A stretch of DNA of 64,000 nucleotides from Polyangiales bacterium. Its GTDB lineage: Bacteria; Myxococcota_A; Polyangia; Polyangiales; JADJQN01. The notes beneath the pieces were generated by a model, which was given only the letters and a program-made list of their open reading frames with translations, had not been told where the DNA came from and ran no database searches. This document shows positions 34,315 through 43,692 of this stretch, piece after piece. Every line of letters begins with the position of its first letter. The stretch's first letter is position 1. The position numbers were made by a program, and so were the translations under genes. The DNA is taken from positions 32,001 through 96,000 of the forward strand of contig CAXNJO010000011.1 of assembly GCA_964202905.1 (NCBI GenBank), written 5' to 3'.

Positions 34315-34911
34315 GTGACACGCCGCGCCGAGATCGAAAGGAACACGAAGGAAACGCGCATCCGCGTCGAGCTCGATCTCGACGGTAGCGGCACCTATCG
34401 CGTCGCGACGCCGCTGCCCTTCCTGACCCACATGGTCGAGCAGCTGGCACGGCACGGGCTGCTCGATCTGGTCGTCGAGGCGCAGGGCGACACGCAGATC
34501 GACGGTCACCACACGACCGAAGATCTCGGCTTCGTGATCGGTCGCGCCGTCGCCGCGGCGCTCGGCGAACGCGCGGGCATCCGTCGCTACGGTTCGGCCA
34601 CCCTGCCGATGGACGAGGCGCTCGTGACCGCGGCCATCGACCTCTCGGGGCGCCCGTTCTTCGTGTGGAAGGTGCCGCTCCCCAAGGCGAAGATAGGCGA
34701 CTTCGACGTCGAGCTCGCCGAGGTCTTCTTCGAGGCGTTCGCGCGCGGGGCGCAGTGCAACCTGCACGTCGTGCTGCACGCGGGGGAGAACCTGCACCAC
34801 ATCGTCGAGGTGTCGTTCAAGGCGCTCGCGCGCGCGCTGCGCGAGGCGTCCGCGCCCGATCCGCGCGCCGCCGGGGCCATCCCGTCGACGAAGGGGACGC
34901 TCACGGAATGA
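34315..34911 (+). CDS. hisB: Imidazoleglycerol-phosphate dehydratase
   Basis: RNTKET, DGHHTTED, PMDEAL, NLHHIVE and PSTKG. Confidence 0.97.
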   Translation: MTRRAEIERNTKETRIRVELDLDGSGTYRVATPLPFLTHMVEQLARHGLLDLVVEAQGDTQIDGHHTTEDLGFVIGRAVAAALGERAGIRRYGSATLPMDEALVTAAIDLSGRPFFVWKVPLPKAKIGDFDVELAEVFFEAFARGAQCNLHVVLHAGENLHHIVEVSFKALARALREASAPDPRAAGAIPSTKGTLTE

Positions 34912-35555
34912 GCGCGCCGGCGGTGGTGCTCGTCGATCTCGGGCTCGGTAACATCCGCAGCGTCGCGCGGGCGCTCGAGCGGGCGGGGGCGCGCGTGACG
35001 ATCTCGGGCGAGCCCGACGTGCTCCGGTCGGCGCCGCGACTCGTCGTGCCGGGGCAGGGCGCGTTCCGCGATTGTGCGGCTGCGCTCGCCGGGGCGCGCG
35101 GCGAGGTGTTGCGCGAGCGCATCGCGGCGGGGGTCCCCTACCTCGGGATCTGCCTCGGGATGCAGGCGCTCTTCGCGCGGAGCGAGGAGGCGCCGGGCGC
35201 TGCGGGGCTCGGCGTCTTCGCGGGGGAGGTCGTGCGCTTCCCGCCGGGGCTCGTCGACGCCGAGACGGGCGCGCGCCTCAAGGTGCCGCACATCGGCTGG
35301 AACGAGGTCCGCGGCGCGCATCCGCTCGTGCCGCACGCCGCGTGGTTCTACTTCGTGCACTCGTATCACTGCGTGCCCACGGACGCGTCGCTCGTCGTCG
35401 GCACCGCCGACTACGGCGGCGAGTTCTGCGCGGCCATCGCGCGCGACAACGTGTTCGCGTGCCAGTTTCACCCGGAGAAGAGCCAGGACGAGGGCGCGGC
35501 GTTGCTCGCGCGCTTCCTCGCGGGCGGCCGCTGGGAGGCGGGGCGATGGAGCTGA
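34908..35555 (+). CDS. hisH: Imidazole glycerol phosphate synthase, glutaminase subunit
   Basis: GNIRSV, PGQGAF, GICLGMQ, PHIGWN, YFVHSY and QFHPEKS. Confidence 0.96.
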   Translation: MSAPAVVLVDLGLGNIRSVARALERAGARVTISGEPDVLRSAPRLVVPGQGAFRDCAAALAGARGEVLRERIAAGVPYLGICLGMQALFARSEEAPGAAGLGVFAGEVVRFPPGLVDAETGARLKVPHIGWNEVRGAHPLVPHAAWFYFVHSYHCVPTDASLVVGTADYGGEFCAAIARDNVFACQFHPEKSQDEGAALLARFLAGGRWEAGRWS

Positions 35556-36271
35556 TTCCCGCGATCGACGTGCTTGGCGGGCAGGTCGTGCGTCTGCACC
35601 AGGGCCGCTACGACGCCGCCACCGTCTACGGCGACGACCCGGCGGCGTGGGCGCGCCGCTTCCACGAGGCGGGCGCGACGCGCCTGCACGTCGTCGACCT
35701 CGACGGAGCGCGCGACGGGCGCCCGGGCAACGTCGCCGTCATCGAGCGCATCCTCGCGGCCGCGCCCCTGCGCGTGCAGGTCGGCGGTGGCATCCGCACG
35801 CGCGAGAGCGCCGAGCGCTGGTTCGCGGCGGGCGTCGAGCGCGTCGTGCTCGGCACGGCGGCGGTGCGGGATCCGTCGCTCGTGCGGGACCTCGCGGCGG
35901 CGCGGCCGGGCGGGGTCGTCGTCGCGATCGACGCGCAGGCGGGCGAGGTGAAGGTCGAGGGCTGGCTCGAGGGCACGGGCGTGCAGGCCGCGGCGCTCGC
36001 GGGCGAGGTCGACGCCTGGGGCGTCGCCGCGGTGCTGTTCACTGCCATCGAGCGTGATGGTACGAGCGTTGGGCCCGACGTCGCCGCGACGGCCGCGCTG
36101 CAACGCGGGCTCCGCGCGACGGTCATCGCCTCGGGCGGCATCGGCGCGCTCTCGCACCTCGCTGCCTTGCGTGACGCCGGCGTGCGCGCGTCGGTGTGCG
36201 GCCGCGCGCTCTATTCGGGGGCCTTCACGCTCACCGACGCGTTCGCGGTGTGTCGCGGGGAGACGCGCTGA
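35546..36271 (+). CDS. hisA: ProFAR isomerase
   Basis: [22 protein letters not shown] and IASGGIG, in his operon context. Confidence 0.95.
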   Translation: MELIPAIDVLGGQVVRLHQGRYDAATVYGDDPAAWARRFHEAGATRLHVVDLDGARDGRPGNVAVIERILAAAPLRVQVGGGIRTRESAERWFAAGVERVVLGTAAVRDPSLVRDLAAARPGGVVVAIDAQAGEVKVEGWLEGTGVQAAALAGEVDAWGVAAVLFTAIERDGTSVGPDVAATAALQRGLRATVIASGGIGALSHLAALRDAGVRASVCGRALYSGAFTLTDAFAVCRGETR

Positions 36272-37068
36272 TGCTCGCGAAGCGCATCGTCCCCTGCCTC
36301 GACGTCAAGAACGGCCGCGTCGTGAAGGGCGTGCAGTTCGTGGGGCTGCGCGACGCGGGGGACCCGGTCGAGTGCGCCGCGCGCTACGACGCCGAGGGCG
36401 CCGACGAGATCACCTTCCTCGACATCACCGCGTCGAGCGACGAGCGCCGCATCCTGCTCGACATCGTCGAGCGCACGGCGGCGACCGTCCGCGTGCCGCT
36501 CACCGTCGGCGGCGGCGTGCGCCAGCCCGACGACGTGCGCGATCTGCTGCATGCGGGCGCGGACAAGGTCTCCATCAACACCTCGGCGGTGCGCGACCCC
36601 GCGCTGATCGAGCGCGTCAGCGGCGCGTGGGGCGCGCAGGCCATCGTCGTCGCCATCGACGCGCGGCGCGTGAGCGGCCCCGGCGAGCCCGCGCGCTGGG
36701 AGGTCTTCACGCACGGCGGGCGGACGGCCACCGGGCTCGACGCGATCGACTGGGCGCGTCGCGTCGTGGCGCTCGGCGCGGGCGAGATCCTCCTCACCTC
36801 GATGGACCGCGACGGCACGCGCGACGGTTACGACCTCCCGCTCACGCGCGCGGTCGCGGACGCCGTGAGCGTGCCCGTCATCGCCTCGGGGGGCGTCGGG
36901 ACGCTCGCGCACGTGCTCGCAGGGCTCACCGAGGGCGGGGCCGATGCCGCGCTCGCGGCGTCCATCTTCCATGATGGTGAACACAGCGTGGGCGCCGTGA
37001 AATCCTATCTCGCGGGGCATGGCGTGCGCGTGCGGCCGGGCCCGCGGGGCCCCGCGGTGGGCGCGTGA
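36271..37068 (+). CDS. hisF: Imidazole glycerol phosphate synthase, cyclase subunit
   Basis: [31 protein letters not shown] and ALAASIFH. Confidence 0.97.
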   Translation: MLAKRIVPCLDVKNGRVVKGVQFVGLRDAGDPVECAARYDAEGADEITFLDITASSDERRILLDIVERTAATVRVPLTVGGGVRQPDDVRDLLHAGADKVSINTSAVRDPALIERVSGAWGAQAIVVAIDARRVSGPGEPARWEVFTHGGRTATGLDAIDWARRVVALGAGEILLTSMDRDGTRDGYDLPLTRAVADAVSVPVIASGGVGTLAHVLAGLTEGGADAALAASIFHDGEHSVGAVKSYLAGHGVRVRPGPRGPAVGA

Positions 37069-38806
37069 GCGGCGCCGCCGGCACGAGCGTCGAGACACTC
37101 GTCGCCGCGCTCAAACAGCGACGCGCCGCCCTGCCGTTCGAGATCGGCGCGTACGTCGCGCTCGCGGCGTGCGAGCGCCTGCTCGAGGCGCCTGCGGTCG
37201 CGGGCGGCCGCGACGTGCGCATCGGCGCGGATGGAGAGGTACGCGTCGTCGGTGCGTCCGCCGCGAACGACGCAGACGCCGCGCGCGCGCTGCTCGCGCT
37301 GCTCGCACAGCTGCTCGTCGCGGCCGGCCCCGGGGTGCCCGCGGCGCTGCTCGCGCTCGTCGAGACGCGGGAGTCGCCCTCGCTCGACGCCGTGCGCGAC
37401 GCGCTCGCGCGCGCGCTCATGCCGCTCAACCGCGCGGCCTCCCGACGCGTGCTCGCGCGCCTCGTGCGGGAGTCGGTCCGTGAGCTGCGTCCTGCGGCGT
37501 CGGACGACGCGCCCGCTGCCGTCGACGGGCTCGACGAGGACCTCGACGCGCTGCTCGGCGCAGCTCCTCCAGCGCCCGAGGCGCCGCCGTCCATCGGCCA
37601 CGGGCCTCCGCCTTCGGAGTCGGACGTGTCCCCGTCCGCGCTCGCGGCCGCGCTCGCCGCGCTCGCCGCGGAGGAGGCCGAGGAGGACGCCGCCGCGCCC
37701 GATTCGCCAGCGTCCGCGGCGCCCGCGGCATCCGCTTCCGTGCCACCGACGTCGGCGCCCGCGACGCACACGGCATCGCTTGCGGAGCCTGTGCCTGCGA
37801 CCCCCGCCTCGTCCGCGTCGGTGCCGTCGCCGGCGGCGCCTGCGACCCCCGCCTCGTCCGCGTCGGTGCCATCGCCGGCGGCGCCTGCTGACCCCCGCCT
37901 CGTCCGCGTGCGGTGCCGTCGCCGGCGGCGCCTGCTGCGCCCGCAGCGTCGCCTGCTGCGCCCGCGCCCCCGGCGGTCGCTGCGTCTGATTCCATGCCGC
38001 CCGCGCCTTCGCCGTCTGTCGCGTCGCCTGCGTCGCCTGCGCACCGGCCCCTCGCCCGGCTCTCGCTCGAGGGGCTCGACGAGGCGCCGCGCCGAGCGCG
38101 ACGGGGACCGCGTCTCCCCGTGCTCGCGCTGCTGCTCCTGACCCTCGCCGGCGTCGGCCTGTGGCTCGTCGCGGGGCCGCGCTTCGGACCGTCGGACGCA
38201 GCCGGTCCATCCGGCGCCGTGCCTGCGCCTGCGCCCGACCCGCTCGCCGCGGTGGCTGCGTCCGACCTCGGGCCCCGGGGTTCCGTCGTCGTGCGCGCCA
38301 CGCCCGCGGGGGCGCAGGTGCTCGCCTTCGTCGGGCGCGGGCCCGCCATGACGGAGCCGCTGCCGCTCGGCGTCGCGCGCGAGTTCGTCGTCGTCGCCGA
38401 TGGCCAAGGCGCCTCGCGCGGCGTCGTCCCCGCGGACGCCGAGTGGGACGCGACGCCCGACGGTCCCCGCTACGAGCTCGCGCTGCAAGGGGGTGAGACC
38501 GAAGTCCCCTTCGAGGCGCTCGCGCTCGGGCCGAGCCGTCTCCCCGCCGACGTCGGTGCCCCGGGGGACGCACTCGGCCGGGTGCGCGTCATCACGACGC
38601 CGCGCGGCGCGAAGGTCTACCGCTTCGTCGGTCTCGCCCCCGACGCGCGCCTCGAGGGCGTGCGCACCGACGCGGCGCTCGAGCTGCTCGTGGCCGCCGA
38701 GGGGCACGTCCCGCAGCGCGTCGTCGTCGGTCCGAGCGACTGGCGCGAGGAGGGCGGCGCGCGCATCGCCTCCCTCGACGTGCGCCTCGTGCCCCGCGCC
38801 CCGTGA
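37065..38806 (+). CDS. Hypothetical bitopic membrane protein (N-terminal domain, Pro/Ala/Ser linker, TM, PEGA-like beta domains); apparent frameshift near 37890
   Basis: GTGA-coupled to hisF. Formed by joining ORFs 37065-38141 and 37913-38806. [21 protein letters not shown] and PEGA-like ATPAGAQV / TTPRGAKV. Confidence 0.6.
37794..37932 (+). repeat. 45-bp tandem repeat x3 encoding [15 protein letters not shown]; the third copy has two 1-bp insertions
   Basis: The unit CCTGCGACCCCCGCCTCGTCCGCGTCGGTGCCGTCGCCGGCGGCG is repeated. Confidence 0.85.
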
Positions 38807-38983
38807 GTTTGGATCGAACGCGCCCTCTCGCGGAATGAATCACCGTTCAGTTCACCTGAGCGCGGGATGATCCGCCGGCCGGTCCGTGCGTGCACCCAAC
38901 GTTCGCCGCGCGGGCCTGCGCGGTGTGCGGCGCCTGCGTGAACCCGCAGTTCTCCGCGTGCGCGGGCCCGCCGATCGACGAGG

Positions 38984-40372
38984 TCAGTGCGCCGCGGCGC
39001 CGCCCACCGCGCCGCCGCCCGCCCGGGCGACGACGGCCTCGACCTCGGCGCGGATCTCCGCGAGGCGCTCGGCAGTCTGCGCCTCGAAGCGAAGCACGAG
39101 CACAGGCTGCGTGTTGCTCGCGCGCACGAGCCCCCAGCCGCCCTCGAACTTCACGCGGGCCCCGTCGATGTCGGCGAGCTCGTGCGTCGGGCGGTAGTGC
39201 TCGAGCACCCGCGCGACGACGTCGAACTTCACGTCGTCGGGGCACTCGACGCGCAGCTCCGGCGTCGCGTGCGTCGTCGGCACGTCGGCGAGCAGCTCGC
39301 GCAGCGAGAGCTGCGTCGTCGAGAGGATCTCGAGCAGGCGCAGGCTCGCGTAGATGGCGTCGTCGTAGCCGTAATAGCGATCGGCGAAGAAGACGTGGCC
39401 GCTCATCTCGCCGGCGAGGAGCGCGTGCTCTTCCTTCATCTTCTTCTTGATGAGCGAGTGCCCCGTCTTCCAGAGGATCGGGCGGCCGCCGTGCGCCGCG
39501 ATGTCGTCGTAGAGCGTCTGCGAGCACTTCACCTCGCCGAGCACGGCCGCGCCCGGCCGCGCCGCGAGCAGCGCGCGCGCGTAGAGGATGAGCAGCTTGT
39601 CGCCCCACAACGTCTCGCCCTCGGCGGTGATGACGCCGATGCGATCGGCATCACCATCGTAGGCGATGCCCAGCTCGAGCCCGCCGCTGCGCACGCGCTC
39701 GGTGAGCAGCGTGAGGTTCTCCGGCTGCGACGGGTCGGGGTGGTGGACGGGGAAGCGACCGTCCGGCTCGACGAGCAGCGCCTCGGGCGAGAGCCCGACC
39801 GCCTCGAACGCCGCGAGCGCCGCGCGCCCGCCCGCGCCGTTGCCCGCGTCGAAGGCGAAGCGCACGTTCGTCCGCCCGAGCCGCACGTTGCCGCGCATGT
39901 ACGCGGCGTAGGCCGGCACCGGATCGCGGTGTTCGACGCGGCCGCCGGGCGCTCGCTCGAAGTCGCCCGCCTCGATGAGCCCACGCAGCACCTGGATGTC
40001 GGCGCCGAAGAGCGAGGCCTTGCCGATCATCATCTTGAAGCCGTTGTCGCCGGGCGGGTTGTGGCTGCCCGTGACCTGCACGCCGCCGTCGAGGTCGTAG
40101 AAGTGCACGCCGAAGTACATGAGCGGCGTCGGCTGCATGCCGAGATCGACGAGCACGAGCCCCGTCTCGAGGAGGCCCTCCGTGAGCGCGGCGTGCAGGC
40201 GGGGCGACGAGAGGCGGCAGTCCTGCCCGACGGCGATGCGGCGTTTGCCCGCGCGGCGGAGGAAGGTGCCGAGGGCGCGCCCGAGATCGCGCGCGAGCGC
40301 GTCGGGCAGGTCGCGGTCGGCGACGCCGCGGATGTCGTATTCGCGAAAGACGTTGGGGTTCACGATGCTCAT
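38984..40372 (-). CDS. Phosphomannomutase/phosphoglucomutase (AlgC-like)
   Basis: FREYDIRG, TGSHNP (phosphoserine), DGDADR, GEMSGH and RASNT. Confidence 0.95.
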   Translation of the reverse strand: MSIVNPNVFREYDIRGVADRDLPDALARDLGRALGTFLRRAGKRRIAVGQDCRLSSPRLHAALTEGLLETGLVLVDLGMQPTPLMYFGVHFYDLDGGVQVTGSHNPPGDNGFKMMIGKASLFGADIQVLRGLIEAGDFERAPGGRVEHRDPVPAYAAYMRGNVRLGRTNVRFAFDAGNGAGGRAALAAFEAVGLSPEALLVEPDGRFPVHHPDPSQPENLTLLTERVRSGGLELGIAYDGDADRIGVITAEGETLWGDKLLILYARALLAARPGAAVLGEVKCSQTLYDDIAAHGGRPILWKTGHSLIKKKMKEEHALLAGEMSGHVFFADRYYGYDDAIYASLRLLEILSTTQLSLRELLADVPTTHATPELRVECPDDVKFDVVARVLEHYRPTHELADIDGARVKFEGGWGLVRASNTQPVLVLRFEAQTAERLAEIRAEVEAVVARAGGGAVGGAAAH

Positions 40373-40430
40373 GCGTGGATCTCCGTGGACACGGTCGAGG
40401 GGGAGGGCGAGGCGACGCGATCGCGTGGGG

Positions 40431-41549
40431 TCAGAGGCGGTCGACCGCGCCGCGCGCGCGGAGGGCGTCGACGACGGCGCGCACGTCCTGGGCGCGCTCG
40501 CGCGGCATCACGAGGAGCGCGTCCTCGGTGTCGACGACGACGAGGTCCGCGAGCCCGACGAGCGCGACGAGCTTGCCGTGCGGGGCGCGGACGTAGTTGC
40601 GCGCGCTGTCGATGGCGACGGCGTCGTGGGGGAGGGCGTTGCCGGCGTCGTCCTTGTCGGCGAGCTCCCAGGCGGTCGTCCACGAGCCGACGTCCGACCA
40701 GCCGAAGTCGCCCGGCACGACGGCGACGCGCTCGGCGCGTTCCATCACGCCCGTGTCGATCGAGACGCTCGGCAGCGAGGCGTAGCCGCCCGCGACGGCC
40801 GCCTCTTCTCCGCCCTGCGCCGCGGCCGCGTCGAACGCGGCGAGCCCGCGCGCGAGCTGCGGGAGGAAGCGCTCGATCGCCGCGAGCACGACGTCGGCGC
40901 GGAAGAAGAACATCCCGCTGTTCCAGAGGAAGTTCCCCGCGCGGAGGAACGCCTCGGCGCGTGCGCGATCGGGCTTTTCGACGAAGCGCTGCGCGCGGAA
41001 CACGCCGTCCGCGAGCGTGCCTCCGAGCTCGAGGTAGCCGTAGCCCGTCTCGGGCCGCGTGGGCTGGATGCCGACCGTGACGAGCTCGCCGTCCGCGGCC
41101 GTGCGCACCGCGCGGCGAAGCACCTCGACGTACGCAGCCTCGTCGGCGATGAAGTGGTCGGCGGCGAGCACGGCGAGGATGCCCGCGGGATCGCGCCGCG
41201 CGATCGTCGCCGCGGCCCAGCCCACGCACGGCGCGGTGTTGCGGCCGAGCGGCTCGACGAGGACGTTCTCGGGCGGCAGCTCGGGCAGCTCGGCGAGCAC
41301 GCCGTCCTTGAGGTTCGCGGCCGTCACGACGAGCACGCGCTCGGGCGGCACGAGCGCTGCGACGCGCCGCACCGTCGCGCGGAGGAGCGACTCGTCGCCG
41401 CCGCCGAGCGGGAGCAGCTGCTTGGGCCGCGCGCCCCGCGAGAGCGGCCAGAAGCGCGTCCCCTGACCCCCGGCCATCACCACCGCGTAGACGCGGGGCG
41501 TCGCGTCTGATCCGCCGCCATCGCGCGGCGCGCTGCTGTTCGTCGTCAT
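40431..41549 (-). CDS. manC: Mannose-1-phosphate guanylyltransferase
   Basis: MAGGQGTRFWPLSR..PKQ, EPLGRNTA, GYGY, FVEKP, WNSGMF and WSDVGSW. Confidence 0.94.
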   Translation of the reverse strand: MTTNSSAPRDGGGSDATPRVYAVVMAGGQGTRFWPLSRGARPKQLLPLGGGDESLLRATVRRVAALVPPERVLVVTAANLKDGVLAELPELPPENVLVEPLGRNTAPCVGWAAATIARRDPAGILAVLAADHFIADEAAYVEVLRRAVRTAADGELVTVGIQPTRPETGYGYLELGGTLADGVFRAQRFVEKPDRARAEAFLRAGNFLWNSGMFFFRADVVLAAIERFLPQLARGLAAFDAAAAQGGEEAAVAGGYASLPSVSIDTGVMERAERVAVVPGDFGWSDVGSWTTAWELADKDDAGNALPHDAVAIDSARNYVRAPHGKLVALVGLADLVVVDTEDALLVMPRERAQDVRAVVDALRARGAVDRL

Positions 41550-41562
41550 GTGCGTGCACCCA

Positions 41563-42372
41563 TCAAGAGGTCAGCTGCCAGAGCACGAGCGCGAGCCCGA
41601 GCGGCACGAGGTAGAGCGCGAAGAGCCAGAGTTTGCCGCGGCTCACCGTCTCTCGCACGGCCCAGATCGCGGCGAGGCCCACGACGAAAGCGATCGCCGC
41701 GCCGACGGCCGCCTGTGGCCCAAGCCCTGCGAGCGCTTCGGGATGCAGGGCCTTGAGCAGCACGGCCCCGCCCACGGCCGGCAACGAGAGCAGGAACGAG
41801 AGCCGGAACGCGGCCGGCCCCGAGAGCCCGAGCAGCATCGCGCACGCGATGGTCGACCCGCTCCGCGACAGCCCCGGCAGCACCGCGAGCCCCTGCGCGA
41901 CGCCGAGCACGCACGCGGCACCGAGCGAGAGCCGCGTGCTGCGCTCGCGCCCGAGCGCGGTGAGGGCGACGGCGCCCGCCGACGCGAGCAGACAGACGCC
42001 GACGATCCACTTCACCTCCGCCCACGCCTCGACCGCGTCTTCGAGCGCAAGGCCGACGATCGCGGTCGGCACCGAGGCGACGATCACGGTGAGGGTGAGC
42101 CACCCCTCGTCGGTGCGGAGCCACGCGCGCGGTGCACGCATCCCGCGCGCGAGCCCGAGGGTGAGCTGCACTACGTCCCCGCGGAACGCGAGGAGCGTCG
42201 CGAGCAGCGTGCCCGCGTGGAGCATCACGACGAACGCGAGCGGCATCTCCGTCGTGCCGAAGAGCATCGCGCCGACGGCGAGGTGCCCGTCGCTCGAGAT
42301 CGGGAGGAACTCGGTCGCGCCCTGCAGCGCGCCGAGCACCGCGGCCTGACCGAGGCCGATGGGGTCGGACAT
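41563..42372 (-). CDS. uppP: Undecaprenyl-diphosphate phosphatase (BacA)
   Basis: QGATEFLPISSDGHL, HAGT, PGLSRSGST and SFLLSLP. Confidence 0.95.
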   Translation of the reverse strand: MSDPIGLGQAAVLGALQGATEFLPISSDGHLAVGAMLFGTTEMPLAFVVMLHAGTLLATLLAFRGDVVQLTLGLARGMRAPRAWLRTDEGWLTLTVIVASVPTAIVGLALEDAVEAWAEVKWIVGVCLLASAGAVALTALGRERSTRLSLGAACVLGVAQGLAVLPGLSRSGSTIACAMLLGLSGPAAFRLSFLLSLPAVGGAVLLKALHPEALAGLGPQAAVGAAIAFVVGLAAIWAVRETVSRGKLWLFALYLVPLGLALVLWQLTS

Positions 42373-42430
42373 CGCGGCCGCTTGTACCACGAGCGCGCGG
42401 AGGCCCGGCGCGCGGCGCGATCGGGGCCCT

Positions 42431-43450
42431 TTACTGGAGCCGCGCGGCGATCTCGAGCGGCGCCTGCCACGCCACGAGCCGTGTCAGCCGCGGCCGGGCG
42501 CCGAGCGCGACGGTGAGCGCGCCTGCGACGCAGGGCTCGAAGCCGTCCTCGGCGAGGGTCGTCTTTTGCACCTCGACGCTCGCCTCGTAGGTGTCGTATT
42601 CGCCCATGTCCCGGAAACGTGAGGTCAGCTTGAGCACCAGCGACGCGCTCGCCTGCCGCTCGTGCCGCAGCTCCCAGTCTTGGATGAAGCAGTCGGCGAT
42701 CGCCTGGCGCGCGGGCTCGCCGAGCACGGCTGCGCGCAGCTCCGGGGAGCCCGGCTGATCGGGCTGCTCGGTGAGGTCGATGGCGAGGTCGATCGCGTCG
42801 ACGGTCGGGCGCGAGGGCGGCGCCGAGAAGAAGCGGTCCGCCGGCTCGGGTCGGTCGAAGCGCGTGAGGTCGAGCCCGTCGTAGCGGAGCCGCCCGAGCG
42901 CGATTTGTGCGTCGGCGCGCTCAGGCGCTCCGGGCAGCGATCGGCGGAAACAGAGATCGGCGGATTTGGCCGCAGTTTCGCGTGCTTCCGGGGTGCGTGC
43001 GGCCCGCAGCGCCGCCGCGGCGGCGCCGCAGAGCAGGCGCGCGGGGATGGGCGCCTCCGCCGCGTCGAAGGCCGCGATCGCCTGCTCGTACGTGCGCCCC
43101 GCGCCCTCGAGATCGCCCGCCTCGACCTGCGCGCGTGCGGCGGCCGCGAGGACCTCGCCGGCGGCGCTCGTGAGCCGGTAGCCGCACACGCCGCGCATGC
43201 AGAGCTGGTCGGTCGGGCAGTCGTCGCGGCCGGTGCACGCCGCGCCCTCGGGCTGCGCGGTGCTCGGCGGCGCAGGCGTGCTCGCGACGAGCGCACGCTG
43301 CTCGGCCTCGGCGCCGGCGCCGGTGTTCGCGAGGCGTCGCCCGCATCCGCCCGCAGCGACGAGGAGCGCGGCGATCGCGAGCGCGCCGTGCGCGGCGTGG
43401 CGTGCGCGGACGAGCACGGCGCGTGGGATGTTGGAGCGGCATTCGCGCAT
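42431..43450 (-). CDS. Hypothetical lipoprotein with a small Cys-rich repeat and TPR-like helices
   Basis: Lipobox AGGC, CTGRDDCPTDQLCMRGVC, and an Ala-rich helical region. Start uncertain. Confidence 0.65.
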   Translation of the reverse strand: MRECRSNIPRAVLVRARHAAHGALAIAALLVAAGGCGRRLANTGAGAEAEQRALVASTPAPPSTAQPEGAACTGRDDCPTDQLCMRGVCGYRLTSAAGEVLAAAARAQVEAGDLEGAGRTYEQAIAAFDAAEAPIPARLLCGAAAAALRAARTPEARETAAKSADLCFRRSLPGAPERADAQIALGRLRYDGLDLTRFDRPEPADRFFSAPPSRPTVDAIDLAIDLTEQPDQPGSPELRAAVLGEPARQAIADCFIQDWELRHERQASASLVLKLTSRFRDMGEYDTYEASVEVQKTTLAEDGFEPCVAGALTVALGARPRLTRLVAWQAPLEIAARLQ

Positions 43451-43692
43451 GGGGTCGGGCTTTCCGGAGCGGGGTGACGGGCTTCGCGGTCGACGCGGTC
43501 GCACGCGTGCGGGCGCAGCGAGGAGCGCGTCCGAGTCGGTCGCGCTCCGGCCGCGATGGTAGCGCCCGCGCGGGCCTGCGCGCAGCCCCGAACGGCGCGC
43601 GCTGCCCGCGGCCCTGCGGCACGTCCCCCGCGGGCGCACCGACTCGGGGTACGGTTGCCACGTCTGGGGCTCACCCGTACGCTGCCCCGCCG

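Noticed and set aside
37794..37932. 45-bp repeats considered as a CRISPR array (also the 15-bp repeats at 12851, 29336 and 31481)
   Set aside because: They have no spacers, their lengths are multiples of 3, they lie inside coding linkers, and there are no cas genes.
38835..38852. ATGAATCACCGTTCAG resembling a myxobacterial LexA box
   Set aside because: It has several mismatches and lies between convergent gene ends rather than in a promoter.
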